In this document: in pieces, positions 25,575 through 38,220 of the stretch
Layout: every line of letters begins with the position of its first letter
Position numbering within the stretch: the first letter of the stretch is position 1
Assembly (NCBI GenBank): GCA_951406725.2
Contig: OX597821.1
Coordinates: 90,086,001 to 90,150,000 of the forward strand
Length of the DNA stretch: 64,000 nt
Direction of reading: 5' to 3'
Source: Octopus vulgaris
Lineage: Eukaryota
Made by a program: the position numbers and the translations under genes
The notes under the pieces: model-generated
Databases searched by the model: none
What the model was told of the DNA's origin: nothing
The model's input: the letters and a program-made list of their open reading frames with translations, nothing else

Positions 25575-25762
25575 TGGTTTTAAATATTGGCATAAAGCCA
25601 GTAATTTCGGGAGAGGGGTTACATCGATTACATCGACCTCAGAGTTCAACTGATACTTATTTTATCGACCTCAAAACGGTGAAAGGCAAAGTCAACCTCG
25701 GTGAAATTTGCAATAGAAATGTTAGGAAGGATGAAATTCCGTTAAGCATTTTCCCGGCGTAC
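25575..25762 (-). mobile_element. Degenerate SINE family C, short tail
   Basis: TCGATTACATCGACC...TACTTATTTTATCGACC...GAAAGGCAAAGTCAACCTCGG...TAAGCATTT. Confidence 0.8.
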
Positions 25763-26299
25763 AGATGATGATATATTTTAAAGTATTTTAAGGTAGAGAA
25801 CCACACAAGTGGCCTTCATTGACGTAATGCTGTTTTATACTTAAAGGGAGATATTTGCCTCAGGAATTAACAGAGGAGTAGTCCCCAAGAGTATCTGATA
25901 ATTTGAAGAACACATGATTCGTTCAAGTACCTATCTATCTATCTATCTGTTTCTTTATATTTCTCTCTCTCTCTTTCTCATACACACACATATATAGGTA
26001 CATACACACACACAGATTTATATATATATTCATGCACACAGATCGATATCGAAATATAGTTCCATCGAGTTTATTCAGTTTAAGAATGCATAAGATATAC
26101 ATGTATGCCATTCTTGGTTCCTTTGCCTTATAACAGGTAAAAACCCTAGTAATTCATGATTGTACAATACTGTGCACAATGGCATATATGTAGGAGGAAG
26201 GGCATGCGGATCACCCACACACATTTAGATGAAAATAAGAATATGTAAAGTAATATCAATGTTTTTTGTCAGTTATCATCACCATCACCATTGTTGTTA

Positions 26300-26306
26300 T
26301 GACTAG

Positions 26307-26349
<43 letters not shown>

Positions 26350-26488
26350 GGTGCTGCTGCTGCTGCTACTGCTCCTGCGACTGCTGCTGCGACTGCTACT
26401 GCTGCTGCGACTGCTACGGCTGATGCTGCGGCTACTACTATTGCTACTACTACTACTGCTTCTGAGACTGCTACGGCTGCTGCTGCAG

Positions 26489-26527
<39 letters not shown>

Positions 26528-26548
26528 TTACTACTACTACTACTACTC
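26300..26548. repeat. (ACT)n/(GCT)n compound microsatellite
   Basis: Direct reading. Confidence 0.95.
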
Positions 26549-27892
26549 TACCATATACTTTATATTATATTAATAATAAATTGTAACCACCGACAGAATT
26601 GTATTCTATTGCAGTATTATCGTATATATTTCAAGACGATAAAAATGATAATAATCATAATACTAACAAACACAATAATAATAATAATAATACACAATGA
26701 AATCAATAAAAGTAACATATCTCCAATTCCTCTTATGCTTCCAGAATGGCAAAATGCATATAAAAATTTATTAAGTATCAGATAAGAATGAAAAAAATAA
26801 TCATTATTTAAAAAATACCAGAATTTTAAATTGACTCACCAAAAAGAGAAAAAAATTAATAATCAGTAAAAATTGAAAGAAAGAAAAAAACTGTAAAAAT
26901 AAAATGGAGATTTAATATCGAACAATTAGCAAAATGTTGTGTTTCTATTGCTGACACTCGGGAACAGGGTGAAACGAGAACCCTTTAACATCGATAGTTA
27001 TCTAAGGAGCTTTTAAAGAATAGAATTCTCATTTCTCTTGTGAAAATGTAATCATAAAATACACACAGGACACACTCGCACATACACACAGATACAGAAA
27101 CACAGCCACATGCATGTCCCTTATATGGATATACATGTACATATATACACGCATATATATATATATATACATATATACATATGTATATGCATATATATAC
27201 ATATACATATACACATACATATATATGCATATATAAGTATATATGTATGTATATATGGATATATATATGTATGTGTATATATATATATATGCATGCATGA
27301 TACATCTTTTATGTACTCCTATGTTTGTGGTTTGTGTCTGCGTATATATATATATATACACATATATATATATATATTGGTATTTACATACACACATATG
27401 CATATATATTTCGGGATAAAATTAAGGAAATCTAAAAGAGGGAAAATTGAAACAGGAAACAAGAACAGCATGAACAACAACAAATGAGGTAACGAATTAA
27501 AATTGCAAATATCAAAATAATTCATTAAGATATGACTGAAAATGAAATTAAGTGTTTATATAAAAACTGAGAGAGAAAAATCAACAAAAATAATATAAAT
27601 GGCAACAGCATTAGCACTAGCAACAACTACAACAACAAAGGAGACTTTATTAGATCTGACTTAAATGAATGCACTGTTTATTAGATAATGTTGAAAAATT
27701 AATTAAAAATTAATTTCATAGGACTTTAAGAAGAAGAAGAACTAAATGAAAATAATGAAAAAAAAAAGAAAGAAACATTTTTAAATGGGAAAAAATAATA
27801 ATAATTTAATGAAATATAAAAGTTAAAAAAGTATTTAATACAATAAAATTAAATTTAATTTAAAAAATTGAAATGAAACTACTGCATTAACT

Positions 27893-27916
27893 ATAATAAT
27901 AATAATGATGATAATG

Positions 27917-27992
<76 letters not shown>

Positions 27993-28176
27993 CGACGACG
28001 ATGATAATGATGATTGTGATGATGTTGAAGATGATGATGATGATGGTGAGGATGATGATGATCATGATTGTGGTGGTGGTAGTGGTGATCTTGACGTTGA
28101 TAATGATGTTGATGCTGACACTGATGATGCCTCCACTGCTGCTGCTGCTGCTGATAATGATGATGATGATGATGAT
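27893..28176. repeat. (AAT)n/(GAT)n compound microsatellite
   Basis: Direct reading. Confidence 0.95.
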
Positions 28177-29112
28177 TAGAAGAAGTAGAGCAAATATGGA
28201 ACAAAAGTGAAGCAAAACAAACAGGTAAATTAAAAAGAAAACATTCTACAGTAGAAGAACAAAAATAATAAAACAAAATTCAGTATCACAAAAAAACTAT
28301 ATTAATACAAACAAACAAAATATGATGCTAAATTAATTTTATCTCTTCCATTTTTCATAGTTTTAATAATTTATTTGGTGTTCTATGAGTACCATAACCC
28401 AGTATGTGTAGTTACTAGCATCATGCTGAGTCGAAGATGTGAATTCCAATCTGTCTTTCAAACCAATTTACTATGTTCGTACTGCACCATTAATACTTCA
28501 CAGGAGAGGCATGAATGTATTGTTTCCCGAATTACCTCTCAACCTATCATTTCTTTAATTTAACATGGAGATTTCTCTGGTCTGGGAACTTCTACGAATA
28601 ATAGCAAAATCATCTCAATTAAATTACACAGATATATATTTAAAACAGAGAAAATTGTATAATTGACTCCAAGACGTACAGGTATCAAGTAAACGTGGTC
28701 TGAGCTAGCTATGAAAGGTTTATCTAAATATAGGTTTACTCAGTTAGGGCTGTGGTGGGATTGAACGATAGAAACAGTATGAACTTTGAATTCATAAACC
28801 TCACAAAATGAAAGAAAAATGGATGCACAAGCTAACGCTATGACGTTCACACAGACACAACCACACAAATACTAGCATACACACATAAACATACACCGAC
28901 CGACAAATACACACATACATACACGCTCAAGTAAAAACGGTGCAGTTGTGAGATTCTTCATTTCTTTAAAAATGTTTAAATTTCAATGCAAGAAGCAAAT
29001 TACTCTGTTTACGATACTGAAATGAGGTTTATATAGTCTGTTTCTCGAATATGCTTTTCTTTCTGTTTTTCTTCTATCAGGTATATATATAACCACATAC
29101 ACACTAAATTAT

Positions 29113-29520
29113 AGGGCACAGGCGTGGTTACGTGGTAAGAAGCTTGATTCCCAACCACATGATTTCGGGTACAGTCCCACTGCGAGACACCTGGGCCAAG
29201 TGCCTTCTACAATAACCTCGGACCGACGAAAGACTTGTGAATGGATTTGGTAGAGAGAAACTGAAAGAAACCCGTCGTATATTTGTGTGTGCATGTGTGT
29301 GCATGTGTGTGTGTGTGTGTGTGTGTGTGAGTGTCTCCCTCACTATCGCTTGACAAGCTATACTGGTGTGTTTACGTCCCTGTAACTTAGCGGTTAGGCA
29401 AGTGAAACCAATAGAATAAGTATTAGGCTTACAAAAAAATAAGTCCTTGGGGCTCATTTCCTCGACTAAAACCCTTTATAGCCATTATAGCTGCAGTCAA
29501 ATTACTGAGGCAAGTCCAGT
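29113..29520 (+). mobile_element. SINE family B, diverged copy
   Basis: GGCACAGGCGTGGTTACGTGGTAAGAAGCTTG...GGATTTGGTAGA...CTGAAAGAAACCCGTCG...GTTTACGTCCC...CAGTCAAATTACTGA. Confidence 0.88.
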
Positions 29521-29923
29521 AATGGAGAATGCAAATGAAAGTAACCATTTATTGAAATTCCTTGTTTTCTTTATTGCTTTTTTAGCTAATGGTTTAAATC
29601 GGTCCGTCTGACAACGGAGACTGAAAGAGATTGATTCTACATTTTTTTAAATAGTTGTTCTCAAGGAATACATGAATTATGATGCTGTACAGAAGAAGCA
29701 TCTCAAATTAAAAGTAACATTATTAATGTAATGAACAATGATTCGGTAAATATTAGACACACACAGACACACACATACACATATGCGCTTGTGTGTGCGT
29801 ATATATATATATTTATATATATATATATAAGAGCTTGTGTTTATGTACACACACACATACACACACACATACATACACACATACATACACACATACACAC
29901 ACACACACCTACACGCACACACC

Positions 29924-29976
<53 letters not shown>

Positions 29977-30709
29977 GCCCACACATACACACTTCGGCCA
30001 AGCTTGAGCTTCTAGAATGGTTTAGTGGAACAAATCGATACCACAGATAGATATATACATATACTTATATAGATTTGCATGGACATGCCTTGAGACTCTT
30101 ATTTCTAGCAATAATGGTTCTGAATTGCATCCTAAGTAACTTTAGTGACGATTGAACTTACACACAAACACACACACACATTCGACGGGATTTTCTACTT
30201 CCATCGCCGTCTTCCAAATCTAATCACAAAATGTTGCTTGTAGTAGGAGATACTTGCTCAAATTTCCACTCAGTGGGACGGAATCCAAAAGCATGCAGTA
30301 GTGATGCAAGCGTCTTATCACATAACCACGCTTGTGACAAAATCTACAGATCTTCATGGGTGTATATGTATGCATGTATGTGCGTATGTATGTTCGATGT
30401 ATTTATGCGTCCATGTGTAGGTGTATACATATCTAAGGGAATTATGCATCATCTGTTACTAAAAAGTTGTTTCGACTGGCATCTAATTTCTATAAGCAAG
30501 AATTTAAAATGATTAAGCTGCTATCATTTACCTCATCAATAAATATTTAGATTTAACTTCGCAAAAAAAACAACTATAATACTTTCTAAAGTAGCCAAGT
30601 AAGACATGTGTGTGTATGTATAAAATTGCATATGAAGCAGTTTGATTGTATTTAACTGCACGAACATAAAGGCAGCAGCGAGTATTTTGATTTGTATTTT
30701 ATTTAGATA

Positions 30710-31092
30710 CTAGCAGTATAGCCCGGCGTTGCTCGGGTTTGTAAGGGAAATAACTATAAAGCATTTTTAGAGAGTTATAGCCAAAAAATAGCAAAAAAAT
30801 GGAAAAAAAGATGGTAATTTTTTTTTTGAGAGTTAAAAAGGTCGAGTTGCGTCCCCTAGACAGTCTGTGGTTTGTGTTTCTGATTCTCGACCCCATGTCG
30901 AATTTATCGATTTTTTTCAGAACTGGGGGAACTTTTCAAAATTTTCGCTGCGTTAGTTTTGAATTATGACATTGGGCTATGTGTGTGTCAAGATTCATCA
31001 GAATCGGTTGAAAGCCGTGGTCAGGGTGAGGGTACAACCTAACAGACACACAGACACACACACAGACAAACTGCCGTTTATATAGAGAGAGA
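30710..31092 (-). mobile_element. Non-autonomous Helitron
   Basis: Minus strand A|TC start and CTAG|T end, subterminal hairpin CCCGAGCAACGCCGGG, no TSD. Confidence 0.85.
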
Positions 31093-31879
31093 TTTGGAAA
31101 GACAATAAGGTTTCATAGTTAATATAAGAAACGTCTAGTAAATATGCTTTCTAGTATGTTTCCCTGGGAAGAATCAAGTAAATTTTGGGTAGTAATATTT
31201 TTATTTAACTTTTATTTTATAATTTGAACAACTTCAGATCTGCTTGATTTTATTCCAAATTTGGTAAATTTCAAGGTAGCTTTAGAAACTTATAAGTTGC
31301 AAACAGTGAAGATTCTGTCTTGTAAGTGATACCACATGTTTTCCTCGCATCTATATATCAAAACCAAGATCGTGGTAGGGCTGAACTTTTATATTTTTCT
31401 ATGCAGTAGGCCCTCTATGGTCTCTATTAATTCAGTGGATGTTTATTTTTGCACACTCACTGCCATTTAACGGATTTTAATTCGAGAAGTTTTATTTCAA
31501 ATATAGTTCTGGTTTTCCATAACACTTGCGTGGATAGCTTTCGGAAAAATGAGTCATTTTAAATTCTTGCTGTGAGCACACTCACTTAAATTATATCATT
31601 TTCAAAGATAATTAAGAAAGAAATAATTAAATAGATGATTATTAAAGCAATCAAAAACAAATGATACAAACGAAATATGTTAAAATTATTTTATCGCAAT
31701 CAGCTTCCATGGTTTTAATTATCAATTTATATATTCTTTAATAATACAGTTAGGAGAAGTTAGACGCGTCCTTGATCTTTCCAGGTCTCATTCACTCAAT
31801 GATAAGATGCTTGAGGTGAAGCATTCTGAATTTCTCGAGGTGGCTCTCTATACAGGGAACATAGGCTGGGAGGGAATAC

Positions 31880-32360
31880 TAGAGGATAACATCTCTGAAA
31901 GATATGGATTAGGAAGTAAGACACAGAGAGGGTAGTGGAAGGAGGTAAGGCACAGTGAAAGTTGTAGAAAGAGGAGTTATAGAGTATGAGTGATAGAAGG
32001 AAATGAGTGTGATTAAAGTTGGTAAGACACAGGGAGAGAGGTTGGAGGAAGAAAAGGAAAGTAATAGTGATTGAAGGAGTTGCGACAATTCTGGTGATAG
32101 GAGATTAGACATTATGAGAATGATTAAGGAAGGGATACAAAGTGAGTATGGTGAAAAGAGATAATGTGTAGAAAACGAGACTAGAGAAGTTTAGGTATAA
32201 GGAGGCTAGTAAAAGAAAATTCAGTGAGAAAGGTAGGATGTAAGGCAGATTAAGAGTGATAGAGAAGGTTATACACAGTGAGAGATGATAGAAGGAAGTA
32301 AGACGCAGTAAGGATAGGAAGAATGAAATTCAGAGAAGGTGACAGAAGCGAGTGGTTAAG
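31880..32360. repeat. Degenerate purine-rich minisatellite (GGAAGTAAGACACAG...GTGATAGA-like)
   Basis: GTAAG(A/G)C(A/G)CAG recurs at ~31916, 31945, 32022 and 32297. Strongly A/G-biased + strand. Confidence 0.55.
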
Positions 32361-33081
32361 CAGGACTGGAATGTATATCATGTGCAGGTAGTTATTTCAG
32401 AGAAGTCCCAGAGACCAATGTAGGATGAGGGAAGAGCTATAATAGGCTACTGAAATAAGTACGACGTACAGGTTGAAAGGAGTGGAATACAGAGGGGCAA
32501 TAATGCTCTGCGGGTTGAAAATATATCAAGTAGTGACGAGAAGCTAAGGCAAAATTTCGATCAGTTCTTATCAGCTGAAAACCATTGTGAAGCCATTGAT
32601 GTTAGAATATCATTCATCATATAATCCCGAGCCGGTGAGTGTTCATCCACGCTATTACTCAAACCTTAAGAAATAACAACTATATATTTGTTAAATCATA
32701 AACTAAAGTGTAAGGACACATTCCATAATGTACTCCGAAGCGGTTAAGCTTTTAACATTCAGTTTCTAAACACGGACATGCAGAGACACCACATTTATGG
32801 TTTAATTAGACATATTAGCTCATGTAATTCATTTAAGTCTGGAACTTGTTCTACCAACCTACGCTTGCCACATAAATGCAAAACAAGGTGGAAGAAGTAG
32901 TACTCAAATACCAAAGGTAGACAATATGCTTTTATTAAACTCCCAACTGTCCAATGAACAAGAACATGAAACTCTGAGTAACAGTTTTGTGAAAATTTTG
33001 CAGCTTTAATAACAGTGTGTGTATACACACACACACAGTTTTCAAGACCACTTTCAATCAACATCAAACTACAACAAAATT

Positions 33082-33454
33082 GGAGGCGCAATGGCCCAGT
33101 GGTTAGGGCAGCGGACTCGCGGTCATAGGATCGCGGTTTCGATTCCCAGACCGGGCGTTTGTGAGTGTTTATTGAGCGAAAACACCTAAAACTCCATGAG
33201 GCTCGGGTGATCTCTGCTGTACTCTTTCACCACAACTTTCTCTCACTCTTACTTCCTGTTTCTGTTGTACCTGTATTTCAAAGGGCCGGCCTTGTCACTC
33301 TCTGTGTCACACTGAATATCCCCGAGAACTACGTTAAGGGTACACGTGTCTGTGGAGTGCCCAGCCATTACACGTTAATTTCCCGAGCAGGTTGTTTCGT
33401 TGATTCGGATCAACCGGAACCGTCATCGTCGTAACCGACGGAGTGCTTCCTACT
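33082..33454 (+). mobile_element. SINE family A, tail type 1
   Basis: A/B boxes. 14-bp TSD ACTACAACAAAATT at 33068-33081 and 33455-33468. Confidence 0.93.
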
Positions 33455-33761
33455 ACTACAACAAAATTATAAAAACCAGTCAAATAAGAACGGGTGCCAA
33501 GCTGTGAGCGATATGCAAACTTACACGAGAATATTCACAGGAGCACACACACAAGCAGAGAAATATTTTTAATCCGTTGTAAAGTGACATAAGTAAAATG
33601 CAGAGTGGCTAGTAGATTAGGGCATGGGGCTTATCATCTATAATAAAGGAAATCCTCAAACCTTAAGCCAGATATGTAACTTGAGTGAATATTAATAAAT
33701 GTAAATTGAGTTCTACGTTGAAGGATACTTTCAGCGAAATTATAAACACACACATACATAC

Positions 33762-33804
<43 letters not shown>

Positions 33805-34505
33805 ATTACTCTAAGGAAATTAATTCCCTTCAAAATACTAGATAATGAACTGGTTGGTTGTTAAATACGTTAAGACAATATCACTCTCTCCAGTCACAAC
33901 AAAACAAGTATATATTCATATATATATATATCTATAAATATGTATATATGCATGTATGTATGCATGTATATATACATACATATATATAGATATATATATA
34001 TATAGATAAATAATGTATGTATGTATGTATATATATAAATTAGAGAAGAACCACCATGTATCAATTCAACAATGATATACTTAAATCATACCATATAGAA
34101 AAAAATTAAAGACACGATAAAACATTTAACTAGTACTAATTAGGACAAGATGCGTCTTCGTCAAAACAGTTGCTCCCGCAAAGCAAATTAAATCAAATTT
34201 GGAATTATACAGGTGAGTATGTACATGTATGTATGTATGTATGTATGTATGTATGTATGTATGTATGTATGTATGTATGTATGTATGCATATACATTATT
34301 TATAGTGTTATATGATCGAACGCCATGCATCCATTCCCAAGTAAATTTTATCTTAATAATTCTGATACGACACTGTTCTATCACAATCTATATTTATCTC
34401 TTTTGTACTCTGTGTAAGTGGGACCTTTTTATATGTATACAGATATACACTTTGTATTTCATATACTTTATATATTGATCTGCTTAATTTGCTTATACCA
34501 CATTT

Positions 34506-34567
<62 letters not shown>

Positions 34568-34640
34568 GTGCTTCGCCGAGGGGAGCAGATGTCTGTATGA
34601 CTTCGCCAGGTATGTTGGTCGTTTATTTATGATGTGTTCA

Positions 34641-34716
34641 GAATCAGTTTTACTGATGAACATAGACATATTTGATGCGTTAAGTGTGAAATCACAGGTG
34701 ATAGAGAACTAAATTC
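34641..34716 (+). ncRNA. Candidate type I hammerhead ribozyme
   Basis: CTGATGA at 34653-34659 and GAAA at 34688-34691. Stem III TCA(CAGG)TGA then TA. Stem I AGTTTTA/GAGAACT with one mismatch at the junction. Stem II closed by ACAT/GTGT. Confidence 0.5.
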
Positions 34717-35130
34717 ATTTTTTAAATATCTTGCTTCGAAAACTGCATTAGGTACGATTAGTTAAATTTTGTAATGAATTATGTCCCTCTTAGCGTGAGG
34801 CATTTATGTGTAATAATGCCCTCTATACAATATATATATATATATATATATATGTGCTTACAAACATTCACGCACGGAGGCATCACATGCACACACGTAC
34901 GCGCACACACATACATATATAACGGGAATCTGAACAGTTTCCTTCTACCAAATTTACAGGCAAAGTGTTAGTCAGCCTTGAGATAAAGTAAGAGACAACA
35001 TTTGCTAAAAATGCTGAGTCGAACTCAGCGAACGTTAATATCCCAGAGGTGTGTCTGTGACAATAATGTGTAAGTGCTGAAGACGTTTTATCACAGATCA
35101 GATCTACTGGGGTTAAAATGGCTGTAAGCT

Positions 35131-35172
<42 letters not shown>

Positions 35173-35331
35173 TATATCTATATCTATATATATATCTTAA
35201 CATATCTCTGTTACCAAACACTATATTTATACATGTAATGTGACAATTATGTATAAAAAAACATTTTTGAATTCATAATATTCAATGTGACAATTATGTA
35301 AAAAACTTTTTTGAACCCATAATATTCAATA

Positions 35332-35376
35332 TTACTTTTGACAATCTTTTACCAAAGAGTGAAACCGGTTAAGTAA
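35332..35376 (+). ncRNA. Degenerate minimal Penelope-type hammerhead motif, probably inactive
   Basis: TTACTT/AAGTAA stem I, TTGACAA (2 mismatches to CTGANGA), TCTTT/AAAGA stem II, GAAA, palindromic ACCGGT stem III. Confidence 0.4.
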
Positions 35377-35414
35377 ATAAACATCTTTTAAATTGCATTT
35401 TCAAACCTTCTTTC

Positions 35415-35467
<53 letters not shown>

Positions 35468-35785
35468 AACGAAACACAATATTTACGCCTCCAAACTAGT
35501 ATTCCAGTCTCTAATTAAGAATCAATTGCAGTAAGACTTGACCGTTAGATTTTATTTTTGGAAAAATTATTTCAGATTACGTATGCTGATACATTACAAA
35601 TAGAGATGTGTCCGTTTCCCATCTGACGATCATGTACATGTATTAATGTTGCACAGAAGAAGAATGCTTAAAATAGACAAAAAAGTAATTTCATATATGT
35701 AGCATTGGGTCAATACGAGACCATTAAGTCATCCAGTTTATACAAACCTCTCCCATTCACATGTATTCTCTCTCTCTCGCTCTCG

Positions 35786-35885
<100 letters not shown>

Positions 35886-36548
35886 TTGTATATATATATA
35901 TATATACATACATATATATATATTTATACAAATGTAAGCATATATACATACAAGAATACACACATATTTATTTGCACAAGCAGGCGCACATGAGACACAG
36001 GAATCATTCTCTCTCTCACTCTCTTTCTTTCTCTCTCTCTCTCTCTCCACACACACACACACACACACACAGACATAAATATATATACACGTATATATGT
36101 TTGTTCGAGTGTGCGGGTGTATGTATACCTAAATAAGATTGTGATTCATTTAAATTCCTGAGGAAGAATGAATCTTCTTATAATGTAATACATAATTTTA
36201 TTATATACGTGTATTTCCATGGTATTTTCATTGTACGTCTTTTGCCAATAAATGTATACAAGCATTGATGTTTAAGTTGTGTTTCTCCATGTATATGTAG
36301 TACAAATATATATATATATTCTCATACACATAAACCATATATGAATCACATCTCTATAGCTGTTAAGCTATTTAACTCTCATTCTATTTTTGTTTTTACA
36401 TGCCATAGATACATAGAATTTTTTACTTTAATATATGTATTCATACTCTCGCAAATATATACACACGTATATACACACACAGAAATATATGTAGCCATAC
36501 ATACGTGTATATATATATATATATATATATGCATTCACACATGTATAG

Positions 36549-36597
<49 letters not shown>

Positions 36598-37178
36598 CAT
36601 AGATGTCTATTTAAGCGTACGTAAACACATAAATAAATAAATAAATAATTAATCCTATCCACAGTGAATGCATGAAAAATATTGGAAAATATTAAAATTT
36701 TCACAAGTAATTCTATACAACTGAACAAACAGTGATATAAAAATGAAAGAAAAAAAAAACAAAATGAAACCTTAAAAGCAAGAATAAGCTAAAACAACAG
36801 CAACTACAACAGCCGTAGCAGCAACGTTAACGTATAACAATTACTTGTAGACACATCGCCAAAAACGAGATCAGAAGCCGATGAGACTTGGTGCCAGAGA
36901 ATGCATTTAATAAATACAGAACTGCATTGCTTTAAATCCTTGTTCTCTTTTTCTCTCTTCCAATATCACATCACCATAATATTTACAGAACCAGCAAAAC
37001 TCATTAATCCAAGCTAATTTTCCAGACCATTTAAACCACTTTTCAACTCCCCGTTTGGGGTTATAAATTCATCCGCACCCACCCTAGCTAACGCTATTAT
37101 GAAACTAAAACTTGTTTGGCTTTGTTGTGATTATATTATTATACTTTATTTTATTCATTATATATATATACATACATA

Positions 37179-37218
<40 letters not shown>

Positions 37219-37253
37219 CATATACATATATATATATACATATATATATATAC

Positions 37254-37307
<54 letters not shown>

Positions 37308-37447
37308 GTATATATACATATATATACACATATATATATACATATATATACACACATATATATATATATATACACACACATATCTATATCTATATCTATA
37401 TCTATCTATCTATCTATCTATATATAGATAGATAGATATAGATATAG

Positions 37448-37505
<58 letters not shown>

Positions 37506-37669
37506 TATATATACACATATGTTACTTTCTTTTTATTCTCTCCTTGAAAATATTTTGTTTGAAAAGAGAGAATGTGAGGGTGAATAGTGTTCGAAAGTCA
37601 CTTAAATTTTGTCTTTTGCCTTCTATTCTGGATCCCACTTGAGATTGCTGCGGATTCTCCATACACATC

Positions 37670-37757
<88 letters not shown>

Positions 37758-38156
37758 ATGTATGTATGTGTGTATAGTTTATGTATTTCTTTATCTAAAT
37801 CTCTCTCTTCTCTCTCTGTATATATATATATAATTATGTATATTTGTATGTATATATATATATATACATTCATACATACATACACACACATATATATATA
37901 GAGAGAGAGAGCTCTATATAGCTGTATCCTTGTATGTATACTTTGCTCATCAGCCATGCACCCTCTGGGACGAAGCTGTGGCAAATTCTCTAAGACAAGG
38001 CGCCATGAATTTTTTAGTTTGTCCAGTTGAATAGTTGTCATTGTTATTTTTGTGCTTGAATACGTTGTGTTTTTCTTTACTTAAAAGGAGTAAAGAGAAA
38101 GAGAGGCTGATATCTACATACACACAAACATAAAAAAAACGTTTGTGTGTATGTAG

Positions 38157-38220
<64 letters not shown>

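Noticed and set aside
33082-33157. tRNA gene-like sequences (also at 2280-2357, 22457, 47380, 52420-52496, 55851)
   Set aside because: No proper acceptor stem. They continue into SINE bodies, some with TSDs, so they are SINE heads.
37940-37960. Minus-strand CTGATGAG hammerhead half-cores (also ~953 and ~19223)
   Set aside because: No properly placed GAAA or stem III follows.
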